A stretch of DNA of 64,000 nt from Auanema rhodensis (taxonomy: Eukaryota; Animalia; Nematoda), in NCBI GenBank assembly GCA_964057225.1, contig OZ059894.1:20336001-20400000 (forward strand), read 5' to 3'. Positions within the stretch are counted from its first letter, which is position 1; every line of letters starts with the position of its first letter. Both the position numbers and the translations under genes were made by a program. Positions 56,701 through 64,000 of this stretch are shown here, one piece after another. Below the pieces are notes generated by a model. It was not told where the DNA came from. It saw nothing but the letters and a program-made list of their open reading frames with translations, and ran no database searches.

Positions 56701-59700
56701 ATCGAATGCACTATACTACAATGAGAAACGCTTAATACAAAAATTAGTTATGATCGTTTGAAAAATGATGCATTAGTGTATGTTGAGTTTCCATGTACAC
56801 TCAACATTGCTTCCAAAAACATTTTGACAAAAATTTTTTCGAAAAATTTCAAAATAAATTAGCAAAAAGTAGATGTTTTTAGATTCCTTTTTTCAAGGCA
56901 AAGACGATGGACAATGTTATTCAACGAAAAAATTAATTCTTCAGGGTGAAAATCGAGGATATAAGTGTGAACTTATATCAGTTGATATCTCGGTGCATTT
57001 TTAAGCTAGCGCAAATCTGATAACACAGATCGACGCAGCTCAAAAATCCGCATCGAATGCACTATACTACATTGAGAAACGCTTAATACAAAAATTAGTT
57101 ATGATCGTTTGAAAAATGATGCATTAGTGTATGTTGAGTTTCCATGTACACTCAACATTGCTTCCAAAAACATTTTGACAAAAATTTTTTCGAAAAATTT
57201 CAGAATAAATTAGCAAAAAGTAGATGTTTTTAGATTGCTTTTTTCAAGGCAAAGACGATGGACAATGTTATTCAACGAAAAAATTAATTCTTCAGGGTGA
57301 AAATCGAGGATATAAGTGTGAACTTATATCAGTTGATATCTCGGTGCATTTTTAAGCTAGCGTAAATCTGATAACACAGATCGACGCAGCTTAAAAATCC
57401 GCATCGAATGCACTATACTACATTGAGAAACGCTTGATACAGAAATTAGTTATGATCGTTTGAAAAATGATGCATTAGTGTATGTTGAGTTTCCATGTAC
57501 ACTCAACATTGCTTCCAAAAACATTTTGACAAAAATTTTTTCGAAAAATTTCAAAATAAATTAGCAAAAAGTAGATGTTTTTAGATTCCTTTTTTCAAGG
57601 CAAAGACGATGGACAATGTTATTCAACGAAAAAATTAATTCTTCAGGGTGAAAATCGAGGATATAAGTGTGAACATATATCAGTTGATATCTCGGTGCAT
57701 TTTTAAGCTAGCGCAAATCTGATAACACAGATCGACGCAGTTCAAAAATCCGCATCGAATGCACTATACTACATTGAGAAACGCTTAATACAAAAATTAG
57801 TTATGATCGTTTGAAAAATGATGCATTAGTTTATGTTGAGTTTCCATGTACACTCAACATTGCTTCCAAAAACATTTTGACAAAAATTTTTTCGAAAAAT
57901 TTCAAAATAAATTAGCAAAAAGTAGATGTTTTTAGATTCCTTTTTTCAAGGCAAAGACGATGAACAATGTTATTCAACGAAAAAATTAATTCTTCAGGGT
58001 GAAAATCGAGGATATAAGTGTAAACTTATATCAGTTGATATCTCGGTGCATTTTTAAGCTAGCGCAAATCTGATAACACAGATCGACGCAGCTTAAAAAT
58101 CCGCATCAAATGCACTATACTACATTGAGAAACGCTTGATACAGAAATTAGTTATGATCGTTTGAAAAATGATCGATTAGTGTATGTTGAGTTTCCATGT
58201 ACACTCAACATTGCTTCCAAAAACATTTTGACAAAAATTTTTTTGAAAAATTTCAAAATAAATTAGCAAAAAGTAGATGTTTTTAGATTGCTTTTTTCAA
58301 GGCAAAGACGATGGACAATGTTATTCAACGAAAAAAATAATTCTTCAGGGTGAAACTCGAGGATATAAGTGTGAACTTATATCAGTTGATATCTCGGTGC
58401 ATTTTTAAGCTAGCGTAAATCTGATAACACAGATCGACGCAGCTTAAAAATCCGCATCGAATGCACTATACTACATTGAGAAACGCTTAATACAAAAATT
58501 AGTTATGATCGTTTGGAAAATGATGCATTAGTGTATGTTGAGTTTCCATGTACACTCAACATTGCTTCCAAAAACATTTTGACAAAAATTTTTTCGAAAA
58601 ATTTCAAAATAAATTAGCAAAAAGTAGATGTTTTTAGATTCCTTTTTTCAAGGCAAAGACGATGGACAATGTTATTCAACGAAAAAATTAATTCTTCAGG
58701 GTGAAAATTGAGGATATAAGTGTGAACTTATATCAGTTGATATCTCGGTGCATTTTCAAGCTAGCGCAAATCTGATAACACAGATCGACGCAGCTTAAAA
58801 ATCCGCATCGAATGCACTATACTACATTGAGAAACGCTTGATACAAAAATTAGTTATGATCGTTTGAAAAATGATGCATTAGTGTATGTTGAGTTTCCAT
58901 GTACACTCAACATTGCTTCCAAAAACATTTTGACAAAAATTTTTTCGAAAAATTTCAAAATAAATTAGCAAAAAGTAGATGTTTTTAGATTCCTTTTTTC
59001 AAGGCAAAGACGATGAACAATGTTATTCAACGAAAAAATTAATTCTTCAGGGTGAAAATCGAGGATATAAGTGTAAACTTATATCAGTTGATATCTCGGT
59101 GCATTTTTAAGCTAGCGCAAATCTGATAACACAGATCGACGCAGCTTAAAAATCCGCATCAAATGCACTATACTACATTGAGAAACGCTTGATACAGAAA
59201 TTAGTTATGATCGTTTGAAAAATGATCGATTAGTGTATGTTGAGTTTCCATGTACACTCAACATTGCTTCCAAAAACATTTTGACAAAAATTTTTTTGAA
59301 AAATTTCAAAATAAATTAGCAAAAAGTAGATGTTTTTAGATTGCTTTTTTCAAGGCAAAGACGATGGACAATGTTATTCAACGAAAAAAATAATTCTTCA
59401 GGGTGAAACTCGAGGATATAAGTGTGAACTTATATCAGTTGATATCTCGGTGCATTTTTAAGCTAGCGTAAATCTGATAACACAGATCGACGCAGCTTAA
59501 AAATCCGCATCGAATGCACTATACTACATTGAGAAACGCTTGATACAGAAATTAGTTATGATCGTTTGAAAAATGATCGATTAGTGTATGTTGAGTTTCC
59601 ATGTACACTCAACATTGCTTCCAAAAACATTTTGACAAAAATTTTTTCGAAAAATTTCAAAATAAATTAGCAAAAAGTAGATGTTTTTAGATTCCTTTTT

Positions 59701-62700
59701 TCAAGGCAAAGACGATGAACAATGTTATTCAACGAAAAAATTAATTCTTCAGGGTGAAAATCGAGGATATAAGTGTAAACTTATATCAGTTGATATCTCG
59801 GTGCATTTTTAAGCTAGCGCAAATCTGATAACACAGATCGACGCAGCTTAAAAATCCGCATCAAATGCACTATACTACATTGAGAAACGCTTGATACAGA
59901 AATTAGTTATGATCGTTTGAAAAATGATCGATTAGTGTATGTTGAGTTTCCATGTACACTCAACATTGCTTCCAAAAACATTTTGACAAAAATTTTTTTG
60001 AAAAATTTCAAAATAAATTAGCAAAAAGTAGATGTTTTTAGATTGCTTTTTTCAAGGCAAAGACGATGGACAATGTTATTCAACGAAAAAAATAATTCTT
60101 CAGGGTGAAACTCGAGGATATAAGTGTGAACTTATATCAGTTGATATCTCGGTGCATTTTTAAGCTAGCGTAAATCTGATAACACAGATCGACGCAGCTT
60201 AAAAATCCGCATCGAATGCACTATACTACATTGAGAAACGCTTAATACAAAAATTAGTTATGATCGTTTGAAAAATGATGCATTAGTGTATGTTGAGTTT
60301 CCATGTACACTCAACATTGCTTCCAAAAACATTTTGACAAAAATTTTTTCGAAAAATTTCAAAATAAATTAGCAAAAAGTAGATGTTTTTAGATTCCTTT
60401 TTTCAAGGCAAAGACGATGGACAATGTTATTCAACGAAAAAATTAATTCTTCAGGGTGAAAATCGAGGATATAAGTGTGAACTTATATCAGTTGATATCT
60501 CGGTGCATTTTTAAGCTAGCGCAAATCTGATAACACAGATCGACGCAGCTCAAAAATCCGCATCGAATGCACTATACTACATTGAGAAACGCTTAATACA
60601 AAAATTAGTTATGATCGTTTGAAAAATGATGCATTAGTGTATGTTGAGTTTCCATGTACACTCAACATTGCTTCCAAAAACATTTTGACAAAAATTTTTT
60701 CGAAAAATTTCAGAATAAATTAGCAAAAAGTAGATGTTTTTAGATTGCTTTTTTCAAGGCAAAGACGATGGACAATGTTATTCAACGAAAAAATTAATTC
60801 TTCAGGGTGAAAATCGAGGATATAAGTGTGAACTTATATCAGTTGATATCTCGGTGCATTTTTAAGCTAGCGTAAATCTGATAACACAGATCGACGCAGC
60901 TTAAAAATCCGCATCGAATGCACTATACTACATTGAGAAACGCTTTATACAGAAATTAGTTATGATCGTTTGAAAAATGATGCATTAGTGTATGTTGAGT
61001 TTCCATGTACACTCAACATTGCTTCCAAAAACATTTTGACAAAAATTTTTTCGAAAAATTTCAAAATAAATTAGCAAAAAGTAGATGTTTTTAGATTCCT
61101 TTTTTCAAGGCAAAGACGATGGACAATGTTATTCAACGAAAAAATTAATTCTTCAGGGTGAAAATCGAGGATATAAGTGTGAACTTATATCAGTTGATAT
61201 CTCGGTGCATTTTTAAGCTAGCGCAAATCTGATAACACAGATCGACGCAGCTCAAAAATCCGCATCGAATGCACTATACTACATTGAGAAACGCTTAATA
61301 CAAAAATTAGTTATGATCGTTTGAAAAATGATGCATTAGTTTATGTTGAGTTTCCATGTACACTCAACATTGCTTCCAAAAACATTTTGACAAAAATTTT
61401 TTCGAAAAATTTCAAAATAAATTAGCAAAAAGTAGATGTTTTTAGATTCCTTTTTTCAAGGCAAAGACGATGAACAATGTTATTCAACGAAAAAATTAAT
61501 TCTTCAGGGTGAAAATCGAGGATATAAGTGTAAACTTATATCAGTTGATATCTCGGTGCATTTTTAAGCTAGCGCAAATCTGATAACACAGATCGACGCA
61601 GCTTAAAAATCCGCATCGAATGCACTATACAACATTGAGAAACGCTTAATACAAAAATTAGTTATGATCGTTTGAAAAATGATGCATTAGTTTATGTTGA
61701 GTTTCCATGTACACTCAACATTGCTTCCAAAAACATTTTGACAAAAATTTTTTCGAAAAATTTCAGAATAAATTAGCAAAAAGTAGATGTTTTTAGATTC
61801 CTTTTTTCAAGGCAAAGACGATGAACAATGTTATTCAACGAAAAAATTAATTCTTCAGGGTGAAAATCGAGGATATAAGTGTAAACTTATATCAGTTGAT
61901 ATCTCGGTGCATTTTTAAGCTAGCGCAAATCTGATAACACAGATCGACGCAGCTTAAAAATCCGCATCAAATGCACTATACTACATTGAGAAACGCTTGA
62001 TACAGAAATTAGTTATGATCGTTTGAAAAATGATCGATTAGTGTATGTTGAGTTTCCATGTACACTCAACATTGCTTCCAAAAACATTTTGACAAAAATT
62101 TTTTTGAAAAATTTCAAAATAAATTAGCAAAAAGTAGATGTTTTTAGATTGCTTTTTTCAAGGCAAAGACGATGGACAATGTTATTCAACGAAAAAAATA
62201 ATTCTTCAGGGTGAAACTCGAGGATATAAGTGTGAACTTATATCAGTTGATATCTCGGTGCATTTTTAAGCTAGCGCAAATCTGATAACACAGATCGACG
62301 CAGCTTAAAAATCCGCATCGAATGCACTATACTACATTGAGAAACGCTCAATACAAAAATTAGTTATGATTGTTTGAAAAATGCTGCATTAGTGTATGTT
62401 GAGTTTCCATGTACACTCAACATTGCTTCCAAAAACATTTTGTCAAAAATTTTTTCGAAAAATTTCAAGATCATTTAGCAAAAAGTAGATGTTTTTAGAT
62501 TCCTTTTTTCAAGGCAAAGACGATGGACAATGTTATTAAACGAAAAAATTAATTCTTCAGGGTGAAACTCGAGGATATAAGTGTGAACTTATATCAGTTG
62601 ATATCTCGGTGCATTTTTAAGCTAGCGCAAATCTGATAACACAGATCGACGCAGCTTAAAAATCCGCATCGAATGCACTATACTACATTGAGAAACGCTC

Positions 62701-64000
62701 AATACAAAAATTAGTTATGATCGTTTGAAAAATGATCCATTAGTGTATGTTGAGTTTCCATGTACACTCAACATTGCTTCCAAAAACATTTTGACAAAAA
62801 TTTTTTCGAAAAATTTCAAAATAAATTAGCAAAAAGTAGATGTTTTTAGATTGCTTTTTTCAAGGCAAAGACGATGGACAATGTTATTCAACGAAAAAAT
62901 TAATTCTTCAGGGTGAAAATCGAGGATATAAGTGTGAACTTATATCAGTTGATATCTCGGTGCATTTTTAAGCTAGCGTAAATCTGATAACACAGATCGA
63001 CGCAGCTTAAAAATCCGCATCGAATGCACTATACTACATTGAGAAACGCTCAATACAAAAATTAGTTATGATTGTTTGAAAAATGCTGCATTAGTGTATG
63101 TTGAGTTTCCATGTACACTCAACATTGCTTCCAAAAACATTTTGTCAAAAATTTTTTCGAAAAATTTCAAGATCATTTAGCAAAAAGTAGATGTTTTTAG
63201 ATTCCTTTTTTCAAGGCAAAGACGATGGACAATGTTATTAAACGAAAAAATTAATTCTTCAGGGTGAAACTCGAGGATATAAGTGTGAACTTATATCAGT
63301 TGATATCTCGGTGCATTTTTAAGCTAGCGCAAATCTGATAACACAGATCGACGCAGCTTAAAAATCCGCATCGAATGCACTATACTACATTGAGAAACGC
63401 TCAATACAAAAATTAGTTATGATCGTTTGAAAAATGATCCATTAGTGTATGTTGAGTTTCCATGTACACTCAACATTGCTTCCAAAAACATTTTGACAAA
63501 AATTTTTTCGAAAAATTTCAAAATAAATTAGCAAAAAGTAGATGTTTTTAGATTGCTTTTTTCAAGGCAAAGACGATGGACAATGTTATTCAACGAAAAA
63601 ATTAATTCTTCAGGGTGAAAATCGAGGATATAAGTGTGAACTTATATCAGTTGATATCTCGGTGCATTTTTAAGCTAGCGCAAATCTGATAACACAGATC
63701 GACGCAGCTTAAAAATCCGCATCGAATGCACTATACTACATTGAGAAACGCTTAATACAAAAATTAGTTATGATCGTTTGAAAAATGATGCATTAGTGTA
63801 TGTTGAGTTTCCATGTACACTCAACATTGCTTCCAAAAACATTTTGACAAAAATTTTTTCGAAAAATTTCAAGATAATTTAGCAGAAAGTAGATGTTTTT
63901 AGATTCCTTTTTTCAAGGCAAAGACGATGGACAATGTTATTCAACGAAAAAATTAATTCTTCAGGGTGAAAATCGAGGATATAAGTGTGAACTTATATCA
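47737..64000. repeat. Array domain IV (monomers 137-183)
   Basis: Markers tagcgtaa, cagctcaa, gaaactcgag (new XhoI site), gatcgatt (ClaI replacing NsiI), gcatcaaat and tttttttgaaa first appear here. Confidence 0.8.

Larger units (their letters stand above)
1..64000. repeat. Tandem satellite DNA array, 351-bp monomer, ~182.3 head-to-tail copies, extending past both window edges
   Basis: The same unit (caaaaa[a/g]tagatgtttttag...aaataaattag) restarts at 1, 352, 703, 1054 and so on. Register is exact at 7021, 14041, 21061, 28081, 35101, 42121, 49141, 56161 and 63181 (every 20 monomers). Copies differ only by a few substitutions. Confidence 0.99.

Noticed and set aside
1-64000. CRISPR array, integron attC array or REP/BIME cluster
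   Set aside because: There are no unique spacers or cassettes; the entire 351-bp unit is repeated and no associated genes are present.
1-64000. Tandem 5S rRNA, tRNA, snRNA or spliced-leader gene array
   Set aside because: No recognisable conserved sequence, cloverleaf or convincing Pol III A/B/C boxes on either strand.
1-64000. Pure artefact (rolling-circle concatemer or collapsed repeat)
   Set aside because: Variants are linked, recurrent and positionally ordered into domains, unlike random error or identical copies. Individual block duplications still need read support.

Overview
The whole 64-kb window is one uninterrupted head-to-tail tandem array of an AT-rich (~30% GC) 351-bp satellite: 182 full monomers plus a 118-bp partial, monomer n starting at 1+351(n-1). 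I see no genes, RNA genes, transposon insertions, CRISPR spacers, inversions or net indels. It looks like eukaryotic (peri)centromeric or subtelomeric satellite DNA, and I do not recognise the family. Two kinds of structure stand out. (1) The monomer is almost tiled by inverted repeats, including a 9-bp stem capped by a GNRA-type tetraloop, a ~67-nt hairpin and a junction-spanning fold-back; several recurrent variants preserve pairing but others break it. (2) Diagnostic substitutions, read by eye, split the array into four successive domains containing local higher-order repeats (2- to 9-mers) and hybrid monomers. No new biological system can be demonstrated from the sequence; the structured-monomer idea is the best lead and remains inference.
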